The notes below the pieces were generated by a model. The model saw only the letters and a program-made list of their open reading frames with translations, did no database searches and was not told where the DNA came from. Made by a program: the position numbers and the translations under genes. DNA of 64,000 bases from NCBI GenBank assembly GCA_030668825.1, contig DAOVET010000005.1:1736-65735 (forward strand). Direction: 5' to 3'. Source of the stretch: Candidatus Heimdallarchaeota archaeon. GTDB lineage: Archaea > Asgardarchaeota > Heimdallarchaeia > Heimdallarchaeales > Heimdallarchaeaceae. Below are positions 46,227-56,236 of this stretch, in pieces. Each line of letters begins with the position of its first letter. Position 1 is the stretch's first letter.

Positions 46227-47264
46227 TTAAATTTCTGGAAAATGACATGAAACGTAGTGATGTGGTTCTATTTCCTCTAATTCAGGAGTAACTTTCGAGC
46301 ATATCTCTTGAGCCTTGTAACATCTTGGGTGAAATGGGCATCCTGAAGGAGGATTAATTGGACTTGGAACATCGCCCTCAAGAATAATACGATCCATTTT
46401 AATACGAGGATCTGGACGAGGAATAGCTGAAAGCAAAGATACTGAATAGGGATGAGCTGTCTTACGGAACAATTCTCCTGTTGGACACATTTCCATGATT
46501 TTTCCTAGGTACATTACTGCTACTCTATCTGAAACATGTTTGATAACACTGAGATCATGTGCAATAAACATGAAAGTTAGATTGAAATCCTTTTGCAAGT
46601 CATGTAGAAGATTCAAGATTTGTGCCTGTACAGAGACATCGAGAGCTGAAACTGGTTCATCTAACAAAATTACTTCTGGATGAATTGCTAAAGCCCTTGC
46701 AATACCTAATCTTTGTCTTTGACCACCACTGAACTCGTGAGGATATCTTAAAGCATGGTAATCTTCTAATCCTACCTTTGCAAGAATTTCAAGGACTCTT
46801 GATTCTTTTTCTTCATAGAGCATATCTGGATAATGTATATCAAAAGGCTCTTTGATTAGATCAAGAACCATTCTCCTTGGATTCAAACTGGAATAAGGAT
46901 CTTGGAAAACCATCTGTAATTGACGTTTAACAGCTAGTTCTTCTTCACGAGACATAGGTTGGAAGATGTCTATTCCTTTGAAATAAACAGAACCCTCAGT
47001 AGGTTCTTCTAACTTGACAGTAACTCTAGCTGTTGTACTTTTACCACAGCCTGATTCACCAACTAGACCCAGAGTTTCACCTTTGTTAAGAAATAGGTTT
47101 ACACCATCAACAGCCTTAATATTTGCAACCACTCGAGAGAAAAGGATTGACTGTTGACTTACAGGAAACCATTTCTTTAGGTTATCAAGTGTTATAATGG
47201 GTTGTGTTTTTTGGTCCCAATTGGAGAAGAGATCGATTGTTTCATATTCTTTAAGTGTAGCCAT
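46227..47264 (-). CDS. oppF: Oligopeptide/dipeptide ABC transporter ATP-binding protein (OppF-type)
   Basis: [12 protein letters not shown] Walker A, FSGGQRQR signature, [11 protein letters not shown] Walker B, and a C-terminal oligopeptide-type extension with CxxC. Confidence 0.85.
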   Translation of the reverse strand: MATLKEYETIDLFSNWDQKTQPIITLDNLKKWFPVSQQSILFSRVVANIKAVDGVNLFLNKGETLGLVGESGCGKSTTARVTVKLEEPTEGSVYFKGIDIFQPMSREEELAVKRQLQMVFQDPYSSLNPRRMVLDLIKEPFDIHYPDMLYEEKESRVLEILAKVGLEDYHALRYPHEFSGGQRQRLGIARALAIHPEVILLDEPVSALDVSVQAQILNLLHDLQKDFNLTFMFIAHDLSVIKHVSDRVAVMYLGKIMEMCPTGELFRKTAHPYSVSLLSAIPRPDPRIKMDRIILEGDVPSPINPPSGCPFHPRCYKAQEICSKVTPELEEIEPHHYVSCHFPEI

Positions 47265-48302
47265 TTACGCTTCCTCCTTTACAGCTTTTTTACTCTCACG
47301 GAGAGCTTCCAAATCTATATGCAAATCTAGTTCCTCGAAATGATGACACGCAACACGACGACCCTTGCCGAACGTAAATTCAGGAGGTCGAACACGAGAA
47401 TAAATCTCAGTTGCATATTTGCATCTTGGATGGAAACGACATCCCTTTGGAGGATTAATTAATCTAGGTACATTACCGGGAATTGTTTCAAGACGTGTCT
47501 TGTCTTTTTCCAGAGATGGAATACTCTCAAAGAGTGCATATGTGTATGGATGTTTGGGATCAAGGAATATATCCTCTGTTAGTCCAGATTCAACTACACG
47601 ACCACCGTAAAAAATATGAACTCGTTTTGTAGTCTCTGCTACGACTCCAAGATTGTGAGTAATGAGCATCATAGCCAAACCTAACTTTTTTTGCATCTCT
47701 TTGATAATTTCAAGAACCTGTGCTTGAATTGTAACATCTAAAGCAGTTGTAGGTTCATCAGCAATCAAAAGACTGGGTTGAAGGGCAAGTGCTCTAGCTA
47801 TAAGAATTCTCTGACGCATTCCTCCACTAAATTGGTGAGGATAATCAGTAATACGTTTTTCAGCTTCGGGAATTCCTACTAGATCCAGAGTTTCAATAGC
47901 AATCTCTAAAGCTTCTTTCTTATTGCATTTTCTATGTAAAGCAATAACTTCAGTCATCTGATCAGATATTTTGAAGATTGGATTCAAGCTTGTCATAGGA
48001 TCTTGGAAAATCATAGCTATTTCTTTACCACGTATCCTTCTCATTTGAAGATCAGGTAATTCAAGAAGGTTAACACCCTTGTAAATAACATCACCAGCAA
48101 CAGTTTTACCATTTTTAGGTAAGATACGTAAAGTGGAATGAGCAGTGACTGTTTTGCCACAGCCTGATTCACCAACAATACCAACAGGTTCACCATAATT
48201 AACGTCGAAGGAAACACCATCTAAGGCTTCAACAACACCGCTCTCAGTATAGAAATATGTGTAAATATTTCGTAAATCTAGTATTTTTTTATCTTGTGCC
48301 AT
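47265..48302 (-). CDS. oppD: Oligopeptide/dipeptide ABC transporter ATP-binding protein (OppD-type)
   Basis: [13 protein letters not shown] Walker A, FSGGMRQR, LIADEPTTALD, and a C-terminal Opp extension. Confidence 0.85.
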   Translation of the reverse strand: MAQDKKILDLRNIYTYFYTESGVVEALDGVSFDVNYGEPVGIVGESGCGKTVTAHSTLRILPKNGKTVAGDVIYKGVNLLELPDLQMRRIRGKEIAMIFQDPMTSLNPIFKISDQMTEVIALHRKCNKKEALEIAIETLDLVGIPEAEKRITDYPHQFSGGMRQRILIARALALQPSLLIADEPTTALDVTIQAQVLEIIKEMQKKLGLAMMLITHNLGVVAETTKRVHIFYGGRVVESGLTEDIFLDPKHPYTYALFESIPSLEKDKTRLETIPGNVPRLINPPKGCRFHPRCKYATEIYSRVRPPEFTFGKGRRVACHHFEELDLHIDLEALRESKKAVKEEA

Positions 48303-48306
48303 TGTA

Positions 48307-49659
48307 TCACTCTCTTAATCTTGGATCTAGCGCATCTCTTAATGCGTCTCCTAGCAAGTTAAATGCCAGTACTACAAAGAATATTGCGAATCCTGGTAGA
48401 AGCGCCAATTCTGGATTCGTTTTCAGAACTGTTTGCGCTTCATTAACCATCTGCCCCCAAGAAATCGTCGTTGGACTCCCTAAACCTAAAAACGTCAATC
48501 CTGCTTCTGAGAGAATTCCTCCAGCAATGGATATTGTTGCAATAACAATGATGGGAGCTAAAATGTTCGGTAGTATATGGACTAAAATGATTCTCCGATT
48601 GCTCGCTCCTAATACTCTTGCAGCATTTACATAATCTAAGTTGTATATCTGCTTCGTGTTAGCCGTGACTAACCTACATAATCCTGCCCAACCAAATATT
48701 CCTAGTACAACAATAATAACTATTGATTGTGGTATTCGTCTCAAAAATACTAATCTTCCTCTTCTGATGAATGAAACTGCTAGAATTGCTATTACAAGAA
48801 ATGGTAGAGCAAGAAACATGTCTGTAATTCTCATAATAATTTCTTCAGTCCATCCTCTATAGTATCCAGCAAGGGCACCTAATGTCACCCCTATTAAAAC
48901 AGACATGACAGTTGAGAATAAACCTACAGTTAAGGATACTTCACTACCAGCGAGTAACCTTGAGAATTCATCTCTTCCAAGAATATCTGTTCCTCCAGGA
49001 TACTTTAGATTTGGATTAGCTAAAGAACCACCACCATTCCATGCATCAAATAGGGGAGTAGTTCCTACAGGGCTAAAAGGCATCAAGATTGGATAAACAA
49101 TTGCCAGAATTGTGATTCCAACTACGAGAGTAGCTGATAAGACTGCAACTTTATTTTTCCTATATCTTCTCCAAACAAGTGTCCATTGAGAAGGACTTCT
49201 TTCTCGAAGAGTTCCATCTTTTGCAATAATCATTTCTTTCTTACCAGTTACTTTCCTGTAATATCTCCAACCTATCTTTATTGAAATCCATACTGCTGCA
49301 ACTATGAATACATAGAGTAGATATGCAATCAGTGATTTGACTGGAAAATCACCAAAAGATCCTGTTGTAATGCCTGCCTCTGTTATGATGTTAATGAAAC
49401 CGTTACCCCAAGTATGCCATAAATAGCCACTTATTGGACCCAATTTAACATTTGTATATGATACTCCCATTAGCGGTAGTAACCCCCCTCCTATAAGGAA
49501 GATTGCTAGGAATTGTATGATATAGTTAAGGTAGTAGTGCTGCCAGAGCACAGCTAGTGCTCCCGCCCAAGACATAGATTTTGGTAATCTTTTTTTCACT
49601 AGGTAATTATCAAGTCTTGTAGAAAAAGACCCTTTTTGTGTTTTCTTAATTCTTTGCAA
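48307..49659 (-). CDS. oppC: Opp/Dpp-type ABC transporter permease (OppC-like) with N-terminal extension
   Basis: 450 aa. C-terminal BPD_transp_1 permease core (…LSEAGLTFLGLGSPTTISWGQMVNEA…) preceded by a ~150-aa TM-containing extension. Confidence 0.8.
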   Translation of the reverse strand: MQRIKKTQKGSFSTRLDNYLVKKRLPKSMSWAGALAVLWQHYYLNYIIQFLAIFLIGGGLLPLMGVSYTNVKLGPISGYLWHTWGNGFINIITEAGITTGSFGDFPVKSLIAYLLYVFIVAAVWISIKIGWRYYRKVTGKKEMIIAKDGTLRERSPSQWTLVWRRYRKNKVAVLSATLVVGITILAIVYPILMPFSPVGTTPLFDAWNGGGSLANPNLKYPGGTDILGRDEFSRLLAGSEVSLTVGLFSTVMSVLIGVTLGALAGYYRGWTEEIIMRITDMFLALPFLVIAILAVSFIRRGRLVFLRRIPQSIVIIVVLGIFGWAGLCRLVTANTKQIYNLDYVNAARVLGASNRRIILVHILPNILAPIIVIATISIAGGILSEAGLTFLGLGSPTTISWGQMVNEAQTVLKTNPELALLPGFAIFFVVLAFNLLGDALRDALDPRLRE

Positions 49660-49676
49660 CTCATATCACCTTTTTA

Positions 49677-52292
49677 TCATAGTTCTATACGCGGATCTAC
49701 CGCAACGTAAGCAATATCTGTTATCAAGTTACCTAGTAAGATAAGTAAAGTCAGAATCGCCGTCGTACCTAAGACCATTGGGAAGTCCAACAGAAGCACC
49801 GCACCTACATATTTGAATCCTAAACCCGGCCATGTGAAGAGTGTTTCAGTGATTGGGGCTCCAGCTAAAGCTGTAGCCATAAACAACCCAACATAGGTTA
49901 CTACAGGGATCAAAACATTTCTGAATGCATGTTTCCATGTAATGGTTCTTTCAGATAATCCATTTGCTCTTGCAGATAAGACATAATCTTGTCTAAGAAC
50001 TTCAAGCATTGTTGACCTAACTAATCTAGTATATAGGGCTAAGAAAGCAAATGTCAAAGTAATAGTTGGTAAAGCCATATGAAGGAGTGAATCCCCTAAT
50101 CTTACACCTACATTATTCCAAAATCCACCAATACCGCCCCACTGCCCTGACCAGAATAATTGCCAGTTCGTCTGACTAAATACAGGCGTCGGCGCGGGTA
50201 TTCGGTGAGCTTTTGCAGCTGGGAACCATCCTAAACCATATCCGCTGAATATATAAATCAATAATAAACCAAACACAAAAATTGGCATTGAGAGACCTAA
50301 GAGTGCGAAAGAACTAGCGGCTGAATCAATCCATGTGTTTTGATTCTTTGCTGCTAAAACACCCAAAGGTATCGAAATAAGCAAAGCTAGCGCAAATGAT
50401 GCTAACTGAAGCTTTAGAGTTTCCCAAATTAATCCACCAATCATATTATTAATTGATTGACCTGATTGGAAACTTATACCCATATCACCACGTATAAGGT
50501 TGTAGAACCAAGATACGAATTGAACATAAATGGGCTGATCTAAACCAAGTTTTTTAGTAAGATTTATTCTATCTTGTTCCGTTACTCTTTGTTTTCCAAG
50601 TAGTAACAAAGCAACTGGATCGCCCATTCCGCTTACCATTACAAAAGTCATCACACATATTGCAACGAAGAGCGGAATAAGTGTTAATAATCTACGAGTA
50701 ACGTAAGTAGTTAATCTTAATGATGCTATGTTTTTAATCCATCTAAGAACGCCAGTATCACCAATTCTTCTTGACATTTTGGAGCTGGTTGTTTGTTGCC
50801 AATTGACTGGTAGAAAGATACCAGTTACTATCATTAATATTCCAATAGTGAGTATGTAGAATCCTGGTCCAACTGAACCTGTTAAACCAATGTCAAAGTA
50901 AGCTGGTGTAGAATCATTCGGGTTAAACGTAATTGGCGCCGTTGAGGCTGCAGTTTGCCCCGTTACTAAAGCTTGGTATCTTTCCGCTGCTATAGCCATC
51001 GTTCGGTTCATTGATAAAACAGCAACAACCAGAGCCATAAGAAAAAGAATTCCTGCAGCAATATCTGCAACAGTACCCCTCGATTTAAAACCACCACTTT
51101 GGAAAACCTGACCCAAAACAGCAGCAGCTATGGCAAAGATTAGTATAAACCACAAAGCTGCAGCGAGAATAACAATACTACTGGGTATTTCAGCTTCCAA
51201 ATATCGTTCTTGAGTGAGGTTGTTTGCACTACTATAAGTTAACATTTTGTAATCAATTTTGAAACCGAAGATTCGTGCTAGTGTACCTGATGAATCGTAC
51301 TCAAACCTAGGTCTTACTCTAAAGATCTCTAAACCTACTCCTACAACATATGCATATCCGTCTTTTACGAATATTCCATTTATCTCTCCTGTAATCTCCT
51401 GCGAGCCTACAAGAGTTGGTTCTTCTGGATTTATAATTGAAACAATCTGTATTCCAACAGTCGAATCAACAATATATACATGTTCATTTTCAATATGTAT
51501 TCCATTGACATTTCCTTCAATATAATAAGAACTAGTGAGAACTGGAGATTGAGGATTAGTTATATTTACTACTTGTATGCCGATATTTGCACCAACAATG
51601 TAAGCATAATTTCCTAAAACAGCTACATCATATACTGGCTCGTTTACAGCAAAGGTTGCAACCAAGCTTGGTAAAGTTGCGTCAGTAATATTTAGAATAC
51701 GTAAACCAGTTACTGAATCCACAACATACGCGAATTCATCTTTTACAATTAAACTGTTTACTTCTCCTGAAATACTAAATACACCCTCTTGTGTTGGTGT
51801 TGTTGGATCACTAATATTTAGTATTTGAAACCCTATTGTTGAATCTACAACATAAGAATGATTACCTGATACAAACACATCATTAGCGCCACCTGTAATA
51901 CTATATGTACCAACTTGTGTTGGTGTAGTGGGGTCAGTAATATTAACAATCTGTAATCCCGTGACCGTATCTGCAATGTAAGCATAGTTATCCTTCACGA
52001 ATATACCATTGGCCCCATTTGCAATATTGTATGTCCCAATAATCTCTGGTGTTGTTGGATCAGTTACATTTACAATATTTAGCCCTGTATCTGAATCTAC
52101 TACAAATGCTAGATTATTTTCATAATATACATTATGGAGGACTCCTGTAATGTTCTGAGAACCAACAAAAATAATCGGTTCAGGTTCAATTGTTGTTGAA
52201 TCAAATGTAATTGAATATATAGGTGCCCAAGCAGAAGTAAGAACAAGTAGAAAACCAACAATCTTTAAAGAAACTGCTACACTTTTATCCAT
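49677..52292 (-). CDS. Fusion protein: signal peptide + LVIVD-repeat beta-propeller ectodomain + OppB-type ABC permease
   Basis: 871 aa. Residues ~30-330 hold six or more tandem ~43-aa repeats (…YAYVVDSxTGLxIVNITDPTTPxxVGTYxIxGxANGIFV…), the LVIVD-repeat pattern. The C-terminal ~350 aa form an OppB/DppB permease core (…LASFALALLISIPLGVLAAKNQNTWIDS…). Confidence 0.7.
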   Translation of the reverse strand: MDKSVAVSLKIVGFLLVLTSAWAPIYSITFDSTTIEPEPIIFVGSQNITGVLHNVYYENNLAFVVDSDTGLNIVNVTDPTTPEIIGTYNIANGANGIFVKDNYAYIADTVTGLQIVNITDPTTPTQVGTYSITGGANDVFVSGNHSYVVDSTIGFQILNISDPTTPTQEGVFSISGEVNSLIVKDEFAYVVDSVTGLRILNITDATLPSLVATFAVNEPVYDVAVLGNYAYIVGANIGIQVVNITNPQSPVLTSSYYIEGNVNGIHIENEHVYIVDSTVGIQIVSIINPEEPTLVGSQEITGEINGIFVKDGYAYVVGVGLEIFRVRPRFEYDSSGTLARIFGFKIDYKMLTYSSANNLTQERYLEAEIPSSIVILAAALWFILIFAIAAAVLGQVFQSGGFKSRGTVADIAAGILFLMALVVAVLSMNRTMAIAAERYQALVTGQTAASTAPITFNPNDSTPAYFDIGLTGSVGPGFYILTIGILMIVTGIFLPVNWQQTTSSKMSRRIGDTGVLRWIKNIASLRLTTYVTRRLLTLIPLFVAICVMTFVMVSGMGDPVALLLLGKQRVTEQDRINLTKKLGLDQPIYVQFVSWFYNLIRGDMGISFQSGQSINNMIGGLIWETLKLQLASFALALLISIPLGVLAAKNQNTWIDSAASSFALLGLSMPIFVFGLLLIYIFSGYGLGWFPAAKAHRIPAPTPVFSQTNWQLFWSGQWGGIGGFWNNVGVRLGDSLLHMALPTITLTFAFLALYTRLVRSTMLEVLRQDYVLSARANGLSERTITWKHAFRNVLIPVVTYVGLFMATALAGAPITETLFTWPGLGFKYVGAVLLLDFPMVLGTTAILTLLILLGNLITDIAYVAVDPRIEL

Positions 52293-52640
52293 AATAAATC
52301 ACTCGAGTGTACAGAATAGTTTAATTCTACTCCTTTGATAGAATGTCTGCTGAAGTTTTTATAAATGTTACCTAGCGATATTAAAAAAAGAAACAAGGAT
52401 TGGAATATGATTTTGAGTCGGAAAAAAACGAAAGTTTGTCAAAATGATATCTTAGGGGGAAATATTAAAGAAAACAAGTAAATTTGAAAAAACCAAATTA
52501 ATAATTAGAATGAAAAAAAGAAGATTTTAATAGACAAAAAAAAAGAGAAATAACAGATATTAGTGAAAACAAAGATTTGTAACAAAAAACATTTAAAGAA
52601 AACAAGAAAGAAGAGAACGAAGAAAGACCTATCGATAAAA

Positions 52641-52718
52641 GGGGCAGTGATCTAGCCTGGCTATGATACCTCCTTGACGTGGAGGAAGTCGCAAGTTCGA
52701 ATCTTGCCTGCCCCACCA
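52641..52718 (+). tRNA. tRNA-Val (anticodon GAC)
   Basis: GGGGCAG...CTGCCCC acceptor, CCTCC-TTGACGT-GGAGG anticodon arm, GCAAG-TTCGAAT-CTTGC T-arm, discriminator A and CCA encoded. D-arm pairing is somewhat irregular. Confidence 0.75.
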
Positions 52719-52783
52719 TTCCTCTTTTAAATCAAACAAATTTTGTAATATTTTCTACTACTTTCATTACTATACCTCATTTA

Positions 52784-53854
52784 TCAGATTACTATGTAAA
52801 ACTTCTTCTTATCAAGAAAGAATGATACAGTCCACAAAATAACTACACTAACTATTCCTAGAAACAGTACAAGTGCAAAGTGGGTGTTGATTGGTAAGAT
52901 TAATTGTGCTAATAGAATCAATATGGGATGAATTATATAGATAAAAAATGAATTTTTCCCAATTGGTTGTAAAATGCTTCTGTTCTTCGTAATCTGTTTT
53001 TTATCATAGATAAACCATAATAACCAGAAAAGAATTGCACCTAATCCAACTGTGAGGAGGATAAATGATGCGGTGACCCTCTCTTTGGAGATTCCCCCGT
53101 ATAAAGGCCAACCTGTTAATTTCCAAATAAAATGTAAAATAATTCCAGCTGTAGTAAAAATTCCCCCACAACCCAGAATCCACCATTTGTTTGTTTTACG
53201 AAAGTCATCAATTATTGCTGTACACAGAAGTAATAGAATGCAGAAACCAATACCTCCAATTATTCCCCCATGGTCATCAAGTAAATTTAGATCAGCTAAG
53301 GCTATAGTATCTATGCCTACTTCTACAGGTATAGTCAGAATATATTGATATGCAACTAATAAACCGATACCAACTGCAAATCTCACAATTCTTGGGAACT
53401 TTAGAAAGAACAAGGTGAAAATACCTGCTAATCCTATAGCTTGTAGAACTCCCCAAGAAAAAACTATTCCTTTGTCTGTGAAGAAATACATAGCTCCTAT
53501 CATCCCCATGCCATAAAATGCTGCATACCTTCGTAAGAATCTTAGAAATGTTTGAAACCAACCATTTTTTTCGAAATAACGATTAAAAGACATTGTGTAT
53601 GTTAAGCCGATTGCAAAGATGAAGAAAGGTGTAACTAGATCAACATAGGTTAAGCCATAATCAAGTGCGTGTTTTGACCATGCTGGAACTTTATTAAAAG
53701 GAGCTATCACGTTAACAAAAATCATTGCGACTATTGCTAGACCTCTGAAAACATCAATAGAAAGATATCTAGACGCTTTGTTTTGTACCACTTCTTTTTC
53801 TTTTCTAGTTGACATTATATCTTCATTTACAACATTGGAAGAACTAGTTGCCAT
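52784..53854 (-). CDS. DUF1624/DUF5009 (HGSNAT-like) membrane acyltransferase-family protein
   Basis: 356 aa, ~10 TM helices. RYLSIDVFRGLAIVAMIFVN matches the R-x-x-S-x-D-x-x-RG family N-terminal signature. Confidence 0.6.
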   Translation of the reverse strand: MATSSSNVVNEDIMSTRKEKEVVQNKASRYLSIDVFRGLAIVAMIFVNVIAPFNKVPAWSKHALDYGLTYVDLVTPFFIFAIGLTYTMSFNRYFEKNGWFQTFLRFLRRYAAFYGMGMIGAMYFFTDKGIVFSWGVLQAIGLAGIFTLFFLKFPRIVRFAVGIGLLVAYQYILTIPVEVGIDTIALADLNLLDDHGGIIGGIGFCILLLLCTAIIDDFRKTNKWWILGCGGIFTTAGIILHFIWKLTGWPLYGGISKERVTASFILLTVGLGAILFWLLWFIYDKKQITKNRSILQPIGKNSFFIYIIHPILILLAQLILPINTHFALVLFLGIVSVVILWTVSFFLDKKKFYIVI

Positions 53855-54065
53855 AGTATATCATTTCGGTTTTCAGTAAAAACCTTTTCTCGAAAAATTT
53901 AGAAAGTGTCTAAATCTTTACCTGAAATGATATTTCTAGAACATTCAGATTTAATTTTCTCTACTAATTCTTCTTCAGATTTTCCCCCAAAAAAGTTGAT
54001 GATAGAGAATCAGAAGATTAGATTTAAAGTTTATATAGAAATTGGAGATTATCCCTTAGAAACAA

Positions 54066-55019
54066 ATGGATATACTTAGAGAAATCCAAGAAGCTGAAGA
54101 GAGAATTAGACCATATATTGAAGAGACCTCCTTAGAGTATTCTCCAGTTCTAAGTAGAATGGGAAATTGCAAAGTATATCTCAAATTAGAGAATCAACAG
54201 TTAACTGGGTCCTTTAAAATTAGAGGCGCAATGAATAGTCTGATTTTCCTTAGTACTACAAAAAACATGGATGAATTCATAACTGCTTCATCTGGAAACC
54301 ATGGCGCAGCTTTCGCTCATGGAACGGATATTTTAGGATTGAAAGGAACAATATTTCTGCCTAAAAATGCATCCCAAACTAAAATTAAAGCATTAGAAGA
54401 GCAGAATGTAAGAATAGAACTTTACGGAAATGATTGTGTTGAAACTGAAACATTTGCACGCGAATATGCACAGAAAAACATGATAGAGTTTATATCTCCC
54501 TATAACGATTTGAAGATTATAGCGGGACAAGGAACTATAGGAATAGAATTAGAGAAACAATTAAGGAAACCCGATTTTGTTTTAGTTCCCATCGGAGGAG
54601 GAGGTTTGATTTCAGGCATTGCAAGCTATTTGAAGAATAAATTTGAGGAAGTTGAAATCATTGGGTGCCAACCAATTAATTCTCCAGTAATGTATGAGTC
54701 AATTAAAGCAGGAAGAATAATAGATTACGAATCAAAACCTACATTATCTGATGGAACTGCTGGAGGAATCGAACCCGATTCTATTACTTTCGATTTTTGC
54801 AAAAAATATGTAGATGAATACGTCATGGTTTCAGAAGAGGAAATTAAAAACGCTTTAAGGTTGCTTTTCAAAGAACACAAACTGATAGTTGAGGGCGCTG
54901 CGGTATTGTCTGTTGCATCATTTATTCAAAAGATTAAGAAATTCAAAGGGTGTGAAGTTGTTCTTGTTTTAAGTGGTTCTAAAATAAATACAGAAGAATT
55001 TGAGAAAATAATTAATTAA
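54066..55019 (+). CDS. PLP-dependent threonine/serine dehydratase (fold-type II)
   Basis: 317 aa. SFKIRGA (Lys-PLP motif), SSGNHG, and the GGGGL glycine-rich phosphate-binding loop. Confidence 0.8.
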   Translation: MDILREIQEAEERIRPYIEETSLEYSPVLSRMGNCKVYLKLENQQLTGSFKIRGAMNSLIFLSTTKNMDEFITASSGNHGAAFAHGTDILGLKGTIFLPKNASQTKIKALEEQNVRIELYGNDCVETETFAREYAQKNMIEFISPYNDLKIIAGQGTIGIELEKQLRKPDFVLVPIGGGGLISGIASYLKNKFEEVEIIGCQPINSPVMYESIKAGRIIDYESKPTLSDGTAGGIEPDSITFDFCKKYVDEYVMVSEEEIKNALRLLFKEHKLIVEGAAVLSVASFIQKIKKFKGCEVVLVLSGSKINTEEFEKIIN

Positions 55020-55516
55020 TAATCTTCAAATAAACCAAGAGATAATTCATCTTCTTTTTCTAATAATTCCACTTCAACAATCTGGTTTAATGATTCTTTC
55101 ATAATCAAATTTGTCATCATATGATAATCAGAGGGAATGATATTATCTCTATTATCTCTGATTTTTTGTTTAGTGAACCAGCATAATTCTCCTTCTTCTG
55201 TTTTTATGACCTTGTCACTATTTGCTTTTGTTAAACATAAAATGATAATGAAATGTTGTGTTGTTTCTCCAGAATCTTTCTCTTTGAGTTTTTCATTTAG
55301 AATGGATTTGATTCCTACCCACTCAACTTCTAAACCCGTTTCTTCTTTTATTTCTCTTAAAATTGATTCTTTTATTGTTTCATCAAAATGCATTTTTCCC
55401 CCAACCAAAGCCCATTTCTTCCGATAATCTCCTCTTTCACGTTTGATAAACAACCACTTGTTATTATACTCAATACCTGCGACAACTATGCTTAGAATTT
55501 TTTGACCCATTATCAT
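55016..55516 (-). CDS. NUDIX hydrolase
   Basis: 166 aa. GGKMHFDETIKESILREIKEETGL matches the Nudix box (GX5EX7REUXEEXGU). Confidence 0.8.
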   Translation of the reverse strand: MIMGQKILSIVVAGIEYNNKWLFIKRERGDYRKKWALVGGKMHFDETIKESILREIKEETGLEVEWVGIKSILNEKLKEKDSGETTQHFIIILCLTKANSDKVIKTEEGELCWFTKQKIRDNRDNIIPSDYHMMTNLIMKESLNQIVEVELLEKEDELSLGLFEDY

Positions 55517-55616
55517 TCCATTTTTATTGAAGTTCTAAACTTTTACTCTTGTTCTAAAAACTTCCTATTCAAAAAATTGATAAAGATGCACATAAGTTGC
55601 TTTTTAACGAAACCCA

Positions 55617-56210
55617 ATGACTAACTTCATTCAGAATCTAAAAAGTTCTCTTCGAAGAAAACTAGGCTACCCAGAAGTATCTATACTAGTTTTGGGCGAT
55701 AATACTCCTGCAACTAGAAACAGAACTCTACTAATGAGGTCTAATACATCTCTCTCAGAATTCATAATAGATAGTTCTCTAACTGAATTACCATATTCTT
55801 TAGGGTTCAAATTCAAACATAAGCAATTTGTTCCATTTGAAGGGTTGTTATATCTTATTGATGCAACCAAAGAAGAAATGATAAAACACGAAAGAAACTA
55901 TTTCTGGGAAAAGATAGCTTGGGATTCTGAAACAAAAAATCTTCCAATTGCGATCTGTGCATATAACTCAAATCTCCAAGGTGCTTTGTCTCGTGGGGAG
56001 CTAATTGAGAATCTCTCTCTCATTCGTCTTACTGATAGACTATGGAATCTTTTTGACATACCCGATATCTCTTCTCAACTTGAAGCTCTAAAATGGTTGA
56101 AGAGAGTAATCTACATCGGACACATTAAGTCTTGGGAAGAAAAAGAAAAGTTATTAGAAAAAATCAAACCTGTGCAAGTTCAATTTGCTACAGAAGAAGA
56201 AAATAATTAA
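55617..56210 (+). CDS. Hypothetical protein, first gene of the MoxR-vWA operon (possible degenerate small-GTPase-like fold)
   Basis: 197 aa. SILVLGDNTPATRNRTLL (P-loop-like position without Lys) and LYLIDATKEE (DxxG-like). Assignment is speculative. Confidence 0.4.
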   Translation: MTNFIQNLKSSLRRKLGYPEVSILVLGDNTPATRNRTLLMRSNTSLSEFIIDSSLTELPYSLGFKFKHKQFVPFEGLLYLIDATKEEMIKHERNYFWEKIAWDSETKNLPIAICAYNSNLQGALSRGELIENLSLIRLTDRLWNLFDIPDISSQLEALKWLKRVIYIGHIKSWEEKEKLLEKIKPVQVQFATEEENN

Positions 56211-56236
56211 AATATATAATAAAAAAGGTAAAACTC

